Shown in pieces: positions 17,657-29,123 of a stretch of DNA of 64,000 bases (position 1 is the first letter of the stretch; the number at the start of each line of letters is the position of its first letter). A program made the translations under genes and the position numbers. Below the pieces are notes generated by a model, which worked only from the letters and a program-made list of their open reading frames with translations, ran no database searches and was not told the DNA's origin. The stretch covers positions 259 through 64,258 of the forward strand of contig CAWGED010000018.1 in assembly GCA_963821525.1 (NCBI GenBank), read 5' to 3'. The DNA comes from an uncultured Gemmatimonadales bacterium (GTDB taxonomy: Bacteria > Gemmatimonadota > Gemmatimonadetes > Gemmatimonadales > GWC2-71-9).

Positions 17657-18834
17657 ACGACGAACGGGCCATGTATCTGGCCATTGCGATGACACCGGGC
17701 ATTGGTCCCCATCGTCTCGCCACGCTGCTTCAAGCCTGCACCACGTCACTCGGCGCCCATTCGGCGCCGTTCTCGTTTTTAAGTGCCTTGCCCGGGTTTT
17801 CCCGTGCCGCGGCAACGGCGGTGCGCGAGGCACGCGTCGAGGAAGGGCACCGCCTGTTGCGACAGGCCGAGGAGATGGGCGCTCGCGTGATGACGCTTCT
17901 GGATTCGGACTATCCCGCGTTGCTCCACACCATCGGCGAGCCACCGCCCGTGATCTTTCTCCTTGGCAATTGCGGCCTGTTGGATTGTCCCGCGGTTGCG
18001 ATCGTAGGCAGCCGGGACCACTCGCCATACGGGGCCGAGGTTTGCCGAACGTTGGCGACGGCCGCGGCGCGGCGTGGCATCGTGGTCATCAGCGGGATGG
18101 CGAGGGGTCTCGATGCCGTGGGACACATAGCGGCGCTGGACGCTGGCGGAGGCACCATCGGCGTTCTGGGTAACGGTCTGGGTGTGGTGTATCCCGCGGC
18201 CAACCGCGCGCTTTACGAGCGGGTGGCCACCCACGGACTGCTACTCACGGAGTTCCCGCCCGGCGAGCGACCCAGCGTGTACACCTTCCCGAGACGGAAT
18301 CGGCTGATCAGCGCGCTCGCGCGAGCCACGGTCGTGGTCGAAGCAGCTTCAGGCTCAGGTGCCTTGATCACGGCCGACGCCGCCCTGGAGCAGGGACGGG
18401 ACGTCCTGGCGGTCCCGGGAAACATCACCAGCCACACATCCGTCGGTACCAACCGCCTGATCCGGGATGGGGCGGTTCCGGTATTGGACACGGCGGACCT
18501 GCTGGGGTTGTATCCCGAGGCGGACAAGACGGACAGGGCGGACAAGACGGACGGGGCGGGCAAGGCGGACGAGGCGGGTGTGTCTCCCAATGACCACGGA
18601 GCAACGAACCACCGAACCGTCGAACCGCCCGAGCCTGACCTCACCCTCACTCCCACCGAGCAGCGGATCCTTGGCGTGATGGGTACAGGGCCGGCGCTGG
18701 TGGACGAGCTCGCGGCTCGGGCGGAGGTGCCGGTTCCCGAAGCCTTGTCGGCCTTGTTCACGCTGGAGCTGGCGGGTCGGGTGGAGCAATGGGCAGGCGG
18801 GCTGTTTGCGAGGGCGAGTGCAGTGCGGCACTAG
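17644..18834 (+). CDS. dprA: DNA-processing protein DprA
   Basis: AIVGSRDHSPYG..ISGMARGLD..FPRRNRLISAL. Contains an in-frame 9-nt repeat tract at 18520-18582. Confidence 0.9.
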   Translation: MGDLDDERAMYLAIAMTPGIGPHRLATLLQACTTSLGAHSAPFSFLSALPGFSRAAATAVREARVEEGHRLLRQAEEMGARVMTLLDSDYPALLHTIGEPPPVIFLLGNCGLLDCPAVAIVGSRDHSPYGAEVCRTLATAAARRGIVVISGMARGLDAVGHIAALDAGGGTIGVLGNGLGVVYPAANRALYERVATHGLLLTEFPPGERPSVYTFPRRNRLISALARATVVVEAASGSGALITADAALEQGRDVLAVPGNITSHTSVGTNRLIRDGAVPVLDTADLLGLYPEADKTDRADKTDGAGKADEAGVSPNDHGATNHRTVEPPEPDLTLTPTEQRILGVMGTGPALVDELAARAEVPVPEALSALFTLELAGRVEQWAGGLFARASAVRH

Positions 18835-18884
18835 CTGAGGGACGGCGGTTCCTCGGGTTCGCGGGTTTCACGCTTCTTCAATAC

Positions 18885-19140
18885 GGGAGAAGGGAGAAGG
18901 GAGACGGGAGACGGGAGAGGGGAAAAGGACGCAGGCGAAGGGTGAACAGTGAACGGTGAACAGGTGGCCGTCCTTGGCGCCAGGGTCAGGATAGTAGGTC
19001 CCTCGCTTTGCTCGGGATGAGGTGCTTCTACATTCGCGTTCCCCGTTCCCCGTTCCCCGTTCCCCGTTCCCCGTTCCCGTCTCCCATCTCCCGTCTCCCG
19101 TCTCCCGTCTTCCACCTCCCGTCTTCCGTCTCCCGTCTCC
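18885..19140. repeat. composite palindrome with half of the conserved core (18972-19024)
   Basis: Left arm GGGAGAA/GGGAGAC/GGTGAAC arrays; right arm GTTCCCC x4 then GTCTCCC-type x8. The core right half is CCTTGGCGCCAGGGTCAGGATAGTAGGTCCCTCGCTTTGCTCGGGATGAGGTG. Confidence 0.8.
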
Positions 19141-19156
19141 CGTCTTACCCTTCAGC

Positions 19157-20257
19157 ATGCACCTCTACATCCACGTCCCGTTCTGCGCCCGGCGCTGCAG
19201 CTACTGCGATTTCGCGATCGCGGTGAGACGGAACGTGCCTTCCGCCCTGTATGTCCAGCGAGTTCTGGAGGAATGGGGCACCTGGGAGGAGCATCCCGCC
19301 TGGGGCGACTCGCCCACCCTGGATACGGTGTACTTGGGCGGCGGTACGCCGTCCCTTCTCGAGCCCGAACTCATTGGGAAACTGCTCGAGACGGTGGACC
19401 GGTCTCGCGGCATCGTGTCCGGGGCGGAAATCACGCTCGAGGCCAACCCCGACGACGTGGACGCAAAGCGAGCCGCCTCGTGGCGTGCCGCGGGTGTGAA
19501 CCGGGTCTCCCTCGGCGTGCAGTCGTTCGAGCCGCTGGTCCTGCGTTGGATGCATCGCACTCACACCAGGGAGCAGGTGCCGGCGGCGGTCGCGGCGCTT
19601 CGCAAGGCGGGAATCGAGAATCTCTCGCTGGATCTCATCTTCGGACTCCCGTCGGAGCTGCAGCGGAACTGGGAGGCGGACCTCGCGGGCGCACTCGCGC
19701 TGTCGCCCGACCATCTCTCGATCTACGGTCTCACGGTCGAGTCTCACACGCCGCTCATGCACTGGATCGAGCGGGGAGAAACCCGGCCGGCGCCGGAGTC
19801 TGGTTTTGTCGAGCAGTTCCTCGCCACGCATGCCCGGCTCTCCGAATCTGGATTCGACCACTACGAGGTCTCCAACTACGCTCGTCCCGGATACCGTGCG
19901 GCCCATAACTCGGCCTACTGGCGGCGAGCACCGTATGTGGGACTCGGTCCATCCGCCCACAGTGGCCTGGGCAACGAACGGCGCTGGAACCTCCGTGAAT
20001 GGGCCGCCTACGACTCGGCCCTCGAACGAGGCGAATCTGTGATAGCGGGCCGCGAGCTGTTGACCGAATCTGCCCTTCGTCTGGAGGCGTTGTACCTCGG
20101 TCTGCGTACCACCGAAGGATTGCCGGAGCCCACAGTGCCTGCCGGGCAGGCAACTAGTTGGATTGATGCAGGTTGGATGGAACGGGAAAGGGGCCGTCTT
20201 CGGCTCACGCCGGAGGGCTGGCTCCGGCTCGACGCGTTGGTAGCGGAGATTGCTTGA
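19157..20257 (+). CDS. hemW: radical SAM haem chaperone HemW (HemN-like)
   Basis: MHLYIHVPFCARRCSYCDF (CxxxCxxC). ATG 19157; the upstream part of ORF 19022 is translated repeat. Confidence 0.85.
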   Translation: MHLYIHVPFCARRCSYCDFAIAVRRNVPSALYVQRVLEEWGTWEEHPAWGDSPTLDTVYLGGGTPSLLEPELIGKLLETVDRSRGIVSGAEITLEANPDDVDAKRAASWRAAGVNRVSLGVQSFEPLVLRWMHRTHTREQVPAAVAALRKAGIENLSLDLIFGLPSELQRNWEADLAGALALSPDHLSIYGLTVESHTPLMHWIERGETRPAPESGFVEQFLATHARLSESGFDHYEVSNYARPGYRAAHNSAYWRRAPYVGLGPSAHSGLGNERRWNLREWAAYDSALERGESVIAGRELLTESALRLEALYLGLRTTEGLPEPTVPAGQATSWIDAGWMERERGRLRLTPEGWLRLDALVAEIA

Positions 20258-20277
20258 GAATAGGTTAAATTATTGCC

Positions 20278-21315
20278 ATGCCTTCGCATGACCCTCTGAA
20301 TGACCGCCAGGCCAGGGTGCTTGAAGCGGTCATCCAGGCCTTCATCCAGACCGCCGAGCCAGCGGCCAGTCAGGCCGTGGTGCAGCGGAGCGGGCTGGGA
20401 GTCTCCTCGGCGACCGTTCGCAACACGATGAGCGAGCTGGAGGAGAAGGGATATCTCTACCATCCGCACGCGTCGGCCGGCCGGATTCCCACCGATCAGG
20501 CATACCGCTGGTACGTGGACAACCTGATGCGGCTCTCTCCTCCCAGCCGGGAAGAGCGAGACCTCATCAAGTTGGAGATGCCTTCGACCCGCACCGCCGT
20601 CGAGGAAATCCTGCGCCGCGCGGCCCAGGTCCTTGGTGTGCTGACTCAGGAGCTCGGAGTCGCGGTGGGTCCGTCTTTCGATCAGGTCGTCCTCGAGCGG
20701 GTTGATCTCGCCCAGGTGGCGACCGACCGGCTGCTGCTCGTACTCAACCTGAGAAGCGGTACGGTACGGACGATCTTCGTTCAGGTACCGGGAATGATCG
20801 CGTCGGACAGCATGCAGCGTGTAGCACAGATTCTGAACGAGCGGCTGGCGGGCCTCTCTCTCAAGGACATTCGTGCGTCTCTGGGAGACCGACTCCGGGA
20901 TGCAGATCAATCGGAGAGCGGCCGCGAGTTGCTGAACATTTTCATCGCCGAGGCGGAAGAACTGTTCGGCCTGGGCTCCGCCCCTGAAGCGGTCATGCTG
21001 GGCAGCGCTCAGATGCTGGCGGAGCAGCCCGAGTTCGCTTCCAACGACCGGATGCGCGAGCTGCTGGATCTGACAGAACGCCGGGACCGCCTGCACCGTG
21101 CACTGGAAGTGCGGCAGACGAAAGGCCTCACCATCACCATCGGGGGAGAAAACACCGACCCGCGATTCGCCGGTTTCACGCTGGTGACATCGGCCTATCG
21201 GACGGGAGACTTGAGTGGCGTCATCGGCGTCATCGGGCCAACCCGGATGCCCTATGACAAGATCATCGGGCTGGTGGACCATACCAGCCGACTGGTGGAA
21301 GGATTGATGGAGTGA
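20278..21315 (+). CDS. hrcA: heat-inducible transcription repressor HrcA
   Basis: 345 aa; winged-helix N-terminus with [18 protein letters not shown]. Confidence 0.9.
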   Translation: MPSHDPLNDRQARVLEAVIQAFIQTAEPAASQAVVQRSGLGVSSATVRNTMSELEEKGYLYHPHASAGRIPTDQAYRWYVDNLMRLSPPSREERDLIKLEMPSTRTAVEEILRRAAQVLGVLTQELGVAVGPSFDQVVLERVDLAQVATDRLLLVLNLRSGTVRTIFVQVPGMIASDSMQRVAQILNERLAGLSLKDIRASLGDRLRDADQSESGRELLNIFIAEAEELFGLGSAPEAVMLGSAQMLAEQPEFASNDRMRELLDLTERRDRLHRALEVRQTKGLTITIGGENTDPRFAGFTLVTSAYRTGDLSGVIGVIGPTRMPYDKIIGLVDHTSRLVEGLME

Positions 21316-22436
21316 GCGAGTTCTACGAAATGCTCGGCGTGGCGCGGGACGCGTCCGAAGCCGAAATCAAGAAAGCCTATCGGAAGCTCGCGCTCGAGCT
21401 TCATCCGGATCGGAATCCCGACCCGGCCGCCGAGGCACGCTTCAAGGAGATCACCGAGGCCTACGAGGTCCTGCGGGATCCCCAGAAGCGGGCGACGTAC
21501 GACCGGTACGGCAAAGCCGGCGTCGGTGGAGGTGGAGGCTTCGGCGGATTCCACCACGTCGATCTGAGCGAAGCGCTCAACATCTTCATGCGGGACTTTG
21601 GCGGCTTCGACTCTCTCTTCGGCGGCGGAGCGCGAGCCCAGGCCGAGGCGCGACGGGGCCAGGATATCCGGGTGACGGTGAAGCTCTCGCTCACCGAAGT
21701 GGCCACGGGTGCCAAACGGAACGTGAAATTGAAGTCCCTGGTGCGCTGCTCCGCCTGTGTGGGCTCAGGCGCGCTCAGAGGCACCGGCTCCGTCGCTTGT
21801 ACCACTTGTGGTGGAAGTGGCGAGGTCCGGCGAGCCGCACGCAGCATGTTCGGCCAGTTCGTGTCGGTGTCACCTTGTCCTACCTGTGCGGGTGAAGGGC
21901 GAATCATCACGACGCCATGCGAAGTCTGCCGTGGGGAGGGCAGGGTCCGGGAAGACAAGACGGTCCAGGTCGATATCCCTCCGGGTGTATCCGAGCAGAA
22001 CTATCTGACGCTGCGAGGGCACGGAGCTGCCGGTCCGCGCAACGGTCCCGCAGGTGACCTGCTGGTCATGATCGAGGTGAAGCCGGACGAGCGGTGGCAG
22101 CGCGACGGAGACAACCTGGTCATCGACCTGCCGCTTTCGTTTTCTCAGGCGGCACTGGGACTCTCGATTGCGGTGCCGACTCCCTATGGAGACGAGCAGG
22201 TCAGCGTGCCGTCGGGAACTCAGGGGGGCACGGTGCTGCGGCTCAAAGGCAAAGGACTGCCGCGGCTGGGGCAGGGTGGTACTGGCGATCTGTTGATTCG
22301 AACCAATGTCTGGACCCCCGAGCAGCTGACCGAGGAGCAGGGGCAGTTATTCCGGCAGCTGGCCCGGGTTGAGGGCGACCCTCCCAAACAGCATGTAGGG
22401 TGGTGGAGCAAGCTCAAGGAAGCGCTGGGCGCGTGA
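21312..22436 (+). CDS. dnaJ: molecular chaperone DnaJ
   Basis: J domain with HPD, G/F-rich linker, four CxxCxGxG zinc-finger repeats. Confidence 0.95.
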   Translation: MSEFYEMLGVARDASEAEIKKAYRKLALELHPDRNPDPAAEARFKEITEAYEVLRDPQKRATYDRYGKAGVGGGGGFGGFHHVDLSEALNIFMRDFGGFDSLFGGGARAQAEARRGQDIRVTVKLSLTEVATGAKRNVKLKSLVRCSACVGSGALRGTGSVACTTCGGSGEVRRAARSMFGQFVSVSPCPTCAGEGRIITTPCEVCRGEGRVREDKTVQVDIPPGVSEQNYLTLRGHGAAGPRNGPAGDLLVMIEVKPDERWQRDGDNLVIDLPLSFSQAALGLSIAVPTPYGDEQVSVPSGTQGGTVLRLKGKGLPRLGQGGTGDLLIRTNVWTPEQLTEEQGQLFRQLARVEGDPPKQHVGWWSKLKEALGA

Positions 22437-23266
22437 CTTGGTACTCGATCGAGGTACATGCCACGCCCGACCGGCGGGACGCTGTTGCCGCCTGGCTGGT
22501 AGGGCGGACGGGACAAGCGGTCGAGGAGCGGGCAGACGGCACCCTGGTTTCCTTCGCGCTCGATCTGGCTTCGGCCGACGCACTCGAGCGGGATCTAGCT
22601 GCCGCGCACGGTTCGGACATCCCCATGGCCCACCGCGAGGAGCCGGAGGTGGACTGGACTACCGCCTGGCGCAGTGGTCTCACCGCGCGACGGGTCGGCC
22701 GGTTCAACCTCGTTCCTTCCTGGCTGAGGGCCGACCCCGCACCCGGCGAGGTGGTAATCGTCATCGATCCGGAGATGGCGTTCGGCAGTGGGGAACACGG
22801 CTCGACTCGCGCCGCACTGCTGTTGCTCGAGCGTTTCGTGCGCCCCGGCGACACCGTGCTCGATCTCGGGACGGGAAGCGGAATCCTGACCATCGCGGCC
22901 AAGAAGATGGGTGCCGGCTGTGCCGTCGGTGTCGAGGTCGATGAAGATTCCCTCGAGGTGGCCGCTGCCAACGCCGGCCGTAACGGTCTGGCCGGGCAGG
23001 TCACCTTTCTCCAGGGAGACGCCGCGCAGATCACGCCGCTGCTCGCCCCAGCCGATGTCATCGTCTCGAATATCCTGCGACTCATCAACGCGGCGCTGTT
23101 GCCCGAGGTCCATGATGCGATCCGACCTGGTGGCATCGCGATCTTCTCCGGTATGGAGCTGAGCGAGGCAGAAGAGTTCCGTGCGCCTCTGCTGGAAGCA
23201 GGCTTCGAAGTGGTTGATGAAGTCGTTGACGAGACCTGGTGGGCGGTGGCCGCGCGGCGTCCGTGA
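22433..23266 (+). CDS. prmA: ribosomal protein L11 methyltransferase
   Basis: [11 protein letters not shown]-terminus, SAM motif [18 protein letters not shown] 22433 overlaps the dnaJ stop. Confidence 0.8.
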   Translation: MTWYSIEVHATPDRRDAVAAWLVGRTGQAVEERADGTLVSFALDLASADALERDLAAAHGSDIPMAHREEPEVDWTTAWRSGLTARRVGRFNLVPSWLRADPAPGEVVIVIDPEMAFGSGEHGSTRAALLLLERFVRPGDTVLDLGTGSGILTIAAKKMGAGCAVGVEVDEDSLEVAAANAGRNGLAGQVTFLQGDAAQITPLLAPADVIVSNILRLINAALLPEVHDAIRPGGIAIFSGMELSEAEEFRAPLLEAGFEVVDEVVDETWWAVAARRP

Positions 23267-23976
23267 TTACCCTGTTCGCGGCGCCGGGAAGCCTGCAGGC
23301 CGGCGCCACCATCGAGCTGGACGATGCGGAGGCGCACCACCTGAAGGTGCGGCGAGGCCAAGCGGGACAGCGGGTGCGACTGGTTGATGGTTCGGGAACC
23401 GTTGGTGAGGCGCTGCTGGAGATGCGCCCGGCGGGAATTCAAGCCGTCGTCGCGTCGGTGACCCGGGTGGACAATCCAGTTCCTCTCACCCTCGCGGTCG
23501 GCGCCGGCGATCGGGACCGCTTCGCTCTCCTGGTCGAGAAAGCGGTAGAGCTGGGCGCAACCGAGATCGCGCCGCTCGAAGTGGAGCGCGCCGTGGCGGT
23601 CGCCACCCGGTTGCGGGAACGAAATCTGGATTCACTCCGCCGCCGGGCGCGGGAAGCGATGAAGCAGTGCGGCAGCGCCTGGGAACTCACCCTGCAGGAG
23701 CCCCAGCGTCTGGAGGATTTCCTCGCCCAGCCGCGCACCGGGGCAGCCTGGCTCGCGAATCCCGAAGGCGAAGCGCTGGTTGAGCTGGATGCCTCCGAGG
23801 CGGTGACAGTGGCGATCGGCCCCGAGGGTGGCTTCACCGAGTCAGAGTCGAAAGAATTCCTGAACGCTGGATTCCGCCCGGTGTCACTCGGGCCGTACAC
23901 CATGCGTTTCGAGACGGCCGGACTCGTGGCAATGGCGGCAGTGTGGCAGGCTCGTCGGAGAGGTGAACATGGCTGA
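23263..23976 (+). CDS. rsmE: 16S rRNA (uracil1498-N3)-methyltransferase
   Basis: PUA-like N-terminus AEAHHLKVRR, C-terminal SPOUT knot IGPEGGFTESE. GTGA overlap with prmA. Confidence 0.8.
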   Translation: MITLFAAPGSLQAGATIELDDAEAHHLKVRRGQAGQRVRLVDGSGTVGEALLEMRPAGIQAVVASVTRVDNPVPLTLAVGAGDRDRFALLVEKAVELGATEIAPLEVERAVAVATRLRERNLDSLRRRAREAMKQCGSAWELTLQEPQRLEDFLAQPRTGAAWLANPEGEALVELDASEAVTVAIGPEGGFTESESKEFLNAGFRPVSLGPYTMRFETAGLVAMAAVWQARRRGEHG

Positions 23977-24313
23977 CTGCATCTTCTGCAAGGTCGCAAC
24001 AGGAGAGATTCCCGCGCGCATCGTCCGCCGCACTCCCGATGCCGTGGCCTTCTACGATCTTCAGCCCCAGGCACCGACTCACGTGCTGGTGATTCCAACC
24101 AAGCACCTCGGTGCGGTGCGGGATGCCAAAGGGCCCGACCTCGTTCTTCTGGGCAAGCTGCTCTCATTTGCCTCGGAGGTCGCCAGCGAGCTGGGACTCG
24201 ATGCCCAGGGTTACCGGCTGGTAAGCAATACCGGGCCGGATGGAGGACAGTCCGTGTTTCACCTGCATTTCCATCTGCTCGGCGGACGCAAGATGACCTG
24301 GCCTCCTGGGTGA
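23969..24313 (+). CDS. HIT-family nucleotide hydrolase
   Basis: CIFCKV and histidine triad HLHFHLLGG. Confidence 0.85.
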   Translation: MADCIFCKVATGEIPARIVRRTPDAVAFYDLQPQAPTHVLVIPTKHLGAVRDAKGPDLVLLGKLLSFASEVASELGLDAQGYRLVSNTGPDGGQSVFHLHFHLLGGRKMTWPPG

Positions 24314-24316
24314 GAC

Positions 24317-24763
24317 GTGCAGCCACTTAGTCTCCGTGACACACTTCAGGCGAGAATGAACGCAGCCCGTAAGGCCGGGGACAAAAACCTGGTGCTCGTG
24401 CTGGGGACCACTCTCGCCGCGATCAAGAACAGGGAGCTGGATCTCGGACGGGCGGCCAACGACCCTGAAGTGGTGGACATTCTCCGCAAAGGGGTGAAGA
24501 CCCGGAAGGAATCGGTCGAGCAGTTCACCACGGCGAAGCGGCAGGATCTGGCAGACAAGGAGGCGGCGGAGATCCGGATCCTGGAGCAGTTCCTCCCTCC
24601 GGCAGTGGATCCCGCAGAAATCCGCGCAGCGGTTCGTGCGGCGATCGCGGCTGGAGCCACCGACATCGGCCGGGTCATGCAGGCGGTCATGCCGCAATTC
24701 AAGGGACGGGTGGATGGCAAGGACCTCAATGGCATCGTCCGCGAGGAGTTGAAGGCGGGATGA
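24317..24763 (+). CDS. GatB/YqeY domain protein
   Basis: 148 aa, with the typical YqeY pattern AARKAGDK..LGTTLAAIKNRE. Confidence 0.75.
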   Translation: MQPLSLRDTLQARMNAARKAGDKNLVLVLGTTLAAIKNRELDLGRAANDPEVVDILRKGVKTRKESVEQFTTAKRQDLADKEAAEIRILEQFLPPAVDPAEIRAAVRAAIAAGATDIGRVMQAVMPQFKGRVDGKDLNGIVREELKAG

Positions 24764-27249
24764 CGGAGCAGGGTCACATAGCTTCCCCGCACGGGGTGCT
24801 GGTGTCCGCGGACGCCGGCACCCCGTTCGCGTTGGCGGAGGATGACGGATTTGAGGCGCTCGAGCTTCCGGCGGTCCTTGAGCGCGTAGCTGCCTATGCC
24901 GCGGGCCCGCTGGGTCATGAGGCGATTCTCGCGCGACGTCCCAGCGACGATGTCGCCTGGATTTCCGGTGAGCTGCAAACGGTCGCCGAGTTGGTGCGCC
25001 TGGTTCGCGAGAACCGCGGAGTAGCGGCGGAGCCGGTGCCTGAAGTCGACTCGGCGCTCTCGCGACTTCGGGTGGCGGGGAGTGTCCTCGAAGGCTCACA
25101 GCTTCTGGCGATCAGGCGCACGCTGGTCGCGTCGCGATTGGTGGTGGCGGAGCTGAAACGGGTAGCGGCCGACGCTCCGAGGACTGCCCTTTACGAGCGT
25201 CCCCTGCCGGAGAAAGGGCTCGAACGCAGGCTCACCCTCGCGTTCGATGATGACGGCCAGCTGCTCGACACGCGCCAGTCCCACGCTCGCCGCGGCACGA
25301 CGGGAAGTTCGCGCGGCGCGTGAGCGCCTGGTTCAGAAGCTGGATGGAATGCTGCGCCACCTGGGCGGCGAAGGGGCCGTCACACTGCGAGACGGTCGCT
25401 ATGTCATTCCAGTCGCTCGGGAGCTCCGAGGCAGGCCGGATGGCATTGTCCACGGAGAATCGGCCAGCGGCGCCACGCTCTTCATCGAGCCATCGGCTGT
25501 CATCGGGCTGGGTAACGAGCTGCGGGAAGCGGAGCTTCGCGCCGAGCGCGAAGAGTTGCAGGTCTATCGCGATCTCACCGAGCTGATTCGCCCAGAACGG
25601 GATGCCATTTCGGACATCCACTCGATGTGCGTGGCGGTGGACGATCTGGTCGCCCGGGCGCGCTATGCCGCGGCGGTCGAAGGCGAGGCTCCCGCAGTAG
25701 CGCTGGCCCCGGCGAGCCTCACCATCGTCAACGGGCGCCATCCGCTGCTGCTCGCGGCTGACATTCAGGATTCGAGTGCGGCCGGCCGCCGGCTGCCGAG
25801 CCGTCCGTGGTTCCCTTCGACCTGTCGCTCGATCCCGGTGAGCGCACCGTCCTGATCAGCGGGCCGAACACCGGTGGCAAATCTGTCTTGCTCAAGGCGG
25901 TCGGGTTGTGCTGCGCCCTCGCTCAGAGCGGAATCATTCCGCCGGTCGGTCCAGGGAGCAGCCTTCCCGTGTTTCGCCGCATCTTCGCCGACATCGGCGA
26001 CCGGCAATCGATTGCTGCGAGCCTTTCGACCTTCAGCGCCCATGTCGCGGTGCTGAGGCGGATCCTCGATCACGCCGATGACAGGACACTCGTGCTGCTG
26101 GATGAAATCGGTAGCGGAACCGATCCGGCTGAGGGCGCGGCACTGGCGGGCGCGGTGCTGTTGTCGCTGACACGGCGAGGAACGATCACCCTCGCGACCA
26201 CGCACCTCGGGGCTCTGAAGGAGCTCGCTTCCCGCGCGCCTGGTGTGGTGAACGCCTCGCTCCAGTTCGATTCGGCGACACTGCAACCCTCCTATCACTT
26301 CCAGAAGGGCGTGCCCGGCCGCTCCTACGGGCTTGCCATCGCGCGGCGGCTGGGGCTCCCTGAGTCGGTGCTCACCGAGGCCGAGCAGCAGATTCCCGAT
26401 GCCGAGCGAAACCTCGATGCGCTTCTGGCGTCGGTTGAGGAACGGCAGCGGGAGCAGACCCGGCGTGAGGCGGATCTCGAGGCCCGGGAATCTCAGGCCG
26501 AGGCGCTGCGTATCCAGCTGGAGTCTCAGGCTACGACCCAGGGAGCCCGCGAAGCCGAGCTCAAGCGCAAGGAGAAGGAGGCCGAGCGTTCGGCTCGGGA
26601 GCAATCACGCAGCTTGTTACTTGAGGCGCGCCAACGAGTCGAGGAAGCGCTCGCCAAGGCCCGCGAAGCAGGAGACGAGGCCGCGTCCCGCGAGGCGCGG
26701 CGTTTGGTGGAGGAAGCGGCGCGGATTGAGGGGGAGAAACTCGCTGCAATGGTGCAGGCGGGAGGGCGGCGAGGGCGGCGGGGCAGTGAAGACCTGGTCG
26801 AATATGGGGCTCGGGTGCGGCTGGAGGGCGGGGACGGCGGCAGGGTCATCGAACTGCGAGACGATGGTAAGGCAGTGGTTTCGGGTCGGTGCATGAAGCT
26901 GGTTGTGCCGGTCCGCGAAGCTGGTCGCCGTTGCGTCCGAACCCGGCCGCGGTATCGCATAGCCGCCCCTGCGCCCTTCCGCCCTGCCGCCTCCGAGCGC
27001 AGCGAGCGATTCGAGGTCGACCTCCGCGGTCTCACTGGTGAGGAAGCGGAGCAGGAGGTCCTCTCGGCCCTCGACGCCGCTGTGCTGGCCGAGCACCCCT
27101 ACCTTCGGATCATCCATGGCAAGGGGACCGGCGTGGTCCGGGATCGGGTACAGAAGGTGGTTGCCCGCGACCGGCGAGTCCGAAAGCATGCTTTCGCGCC
27201 GGCCAACCAGGGCGGCACCGGAGTCACCGTAGTGGAATTCGAGAGCTGA
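24760..27249 (+). CDS. mutS2: endonuclease MutS2, two frame breaks (about 25270 and 25762-25806)
   Basis: Three consecutive ORFs (24760-25323, 25247-25855, 25807-27249) give the N-domain, clamp, Walker A GPNTGGKS and the C-terminal Smr domain (LRIIHGKGTG). Confidence 0.85.
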
Positions 27250-27251
27250 CC

Positions 27252-29092
27252 GTGATCCCCGACGAGATCATCGAACAGATCCGCGACAGCGCGGACATCG
27301 TCGGCCTGATCGGCGAATCCACCGAGCTCAAGCGCACCGGCTCGGATTACCGGGGTCCGTGTCCGTTTCATGGGGGCACTCACCGCAATTTTGCGGTGAT
27401 TCCCAAGAAGGGCCGCTTCTATTGTTTTGTCTGCAAGGAGTCGGGAGACGTCTTCTCCTATCTCATGAAACGCTTCGGGATGGATTATCCCACGGCGGTG
27501 CGTGAGGTCGCCGGCCGGATGGGGATCGCGATCCCCGAACAGACCAGCCGGAGCGGGCCCGATCCCCGGGAGCCCTTGTTCTCGGCTGCTGCGGTCGCTC
27601 ATGACTGGTTTGCCCGGCAGCTCCGAGAGTCTCCCGAGGCCGAGGAGGCGCGCGCCTATCTCGGTACTCGCGGGACTCGATCTCGATACGGTCGGCCCGT
27701 TCGAGCTGGGCTACGCTCCTCGGGGGACCGCGTTCCTCGCCGCGATGGCCCAGCTGGGTCTCAAGGAGGCGGTGCTGTTGGAGGCGGGTCTCCTGGCCCA
27801 GCGCGATGACGGATCGACTGCCCCGCGGTTCCGTGGGCGTCTCTTGTTTCCGATCCATGATCTGCGCGGCCGGGTCGTGGGATTCGGGGGACGACTGCTG
27901 GGACCGGGAGAGCCGAAGTATCTCAACTCGCCCGAGACGCCGATCTACAAGAAGGGCACGATGCTGTACAACCTCCACGACGCGCGGCAGGCGATCCGCA
28001 AAGAGGAAAGCGTCGTCGTGGTCGAAGGATATTTCGATGTGCTGCGACTGGTCCTGGCCGGCTGCGAGAACGTGGTAGCTCCGCTTGGCACGGCGCTGAC
28101 TCCTGATCAGGCCGCACTGCTTCGCCGCTTCGCGCCGCAGGCCGTGCTGCTGCTGGACAGCGATACCGCCGGGCTCCGGGCCACGTTCCGTGCCGGCGAC
28201 GAGTTGCTGCGCCACGCCGTGCGGGTTCGGGTCGCGACGCTTCCAGCCGGAGAAGATCCTGACACTCTGGTCAAGAAGAGCGGACTCCCGGCGACTGAAC
28301 GCGGTGCTCAAGGATGCGATGGACGTGATGGAGCGGAAGATCCAGCTGCTCGAACGGAAGGGCTGGTTCACCGGCATCGAACACCGCCGCGACGCGCTGG
28401 ACCGCCTGCTCCCCACGATCAGGGCGGCCAAGGATCCGATCATGCGGGAGCTCTACCTCTCGCTGGTGTCCGAGCGGGCGGGTGTCGAGAAGCGGGTGCT
28501 GGAGCAGGAGGCCAACACGCAGCCATCGCAACCAACATTCACGCCCCGAGCCGAGGCTCCGGCACCGGCTTCCGCTTCTCCGGTACGGCGCGCACGACTC
28601 GGCCCGGAACGGCAGCTGGTCGGGCTCATGATCTTCAGCAAGGATTGTCGCGAGCGGGCTCGCGCCCAGGTTCGTCCCGAAACGCTGGAGAGCGGTGTCA
28701 CCCGCGAGTTGTACACTCTGCTGCTGGAGGGCGGAGACGCGGTGCCTGCTACGCCACCGGAGCAGGTCTCCGACGCGGGGCGCGCTCTGTGGACCGAATT
28801 GCTGGGCGTCGGTAGCCAGCTCGGCCCGCAGGCCCAGGATCAGCTCTTCGATGGAGTATGCCGCCGCCTCGAGGCGCGACCCTTCCGCCGCCGCCTCGCC
28901 GAACTCGATCGCGCCATCCGGCAGGCGCCTGAACCCAAGCCCTCGGCGCTGATCGAAGAGAAACTCCGGCTCGACAAGGAGCTGAGGGAGAAGTACCCAG
29001 AGGAGTATCGTCGCATCGTGTATGCAAGGCGAACCAATGCCCGCGGGTCGGGCCGACCGCAGCAACGCCGGCCCTTTCCATCCGACGCCTGA
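27252..29092 (+). CDS. dnaG: DNA primase, two frame breaks (about 27672 and about 28290)
   Basis: Zinc ribbon CPFHGGTHRNFAV..FYCFVC (ORF 27252), TOPRIM VVVVEGYFD..LLLDSDTAG (ORF 27502), C-terminal helical part (ORF 28190). Confidence 0.85.
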
Positions 29093-29123
29093 GCGAACGC
29101 ACTCATATGAAGGGAATTCGTTG

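Noticed and set aside
18885-19140. Repeat arrays considered as possible CRISPR arrays.
   Set aside because: The repeat unit is 7 nt with no unique spacers of 25-50 nt. The arrays form inverted arms, and there are no cas genes in the window.
14674-19156. Proline-rich 'proteins' such as SPFPVPRSPFPVP or GTGNGERGTGNGER (ORFs 14674-15018, 14679-14897, 18831-19158, and the 5' part of 19022-20257).
   Set aside because: They are translations of the GTTCCCC/GTCTCCC heptamer arrays in the intergenic palindromes. The period 7 cycles through all frames, and the real hemW start is the ATG at 19157.
20200-20300. A CIRCE operator (TTAGCACTC-N9-GAGTGCTAA) expected near hrcA/dnaJ.
   Set aside because: Not found upstream of hrcA or anywhere else in the window. 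hrcA follows hemW by 20 nt and is probably co-transcribed, so CIRCE sites presumably lie at groE/dnaK loci elsewhere.
27660-28300. Programmed ribosomal frameshifting as an explanation for the split dnaG, mutS2, recN and norB genes.
   Set aside because: No slippery X-XXY-YYZ motif, no prfB/dnaX-like context, and no downstream stimulatory structure at the junctions. Several breaks sit at short G/C runs, so sequence error or pseudogenisation is more likely.
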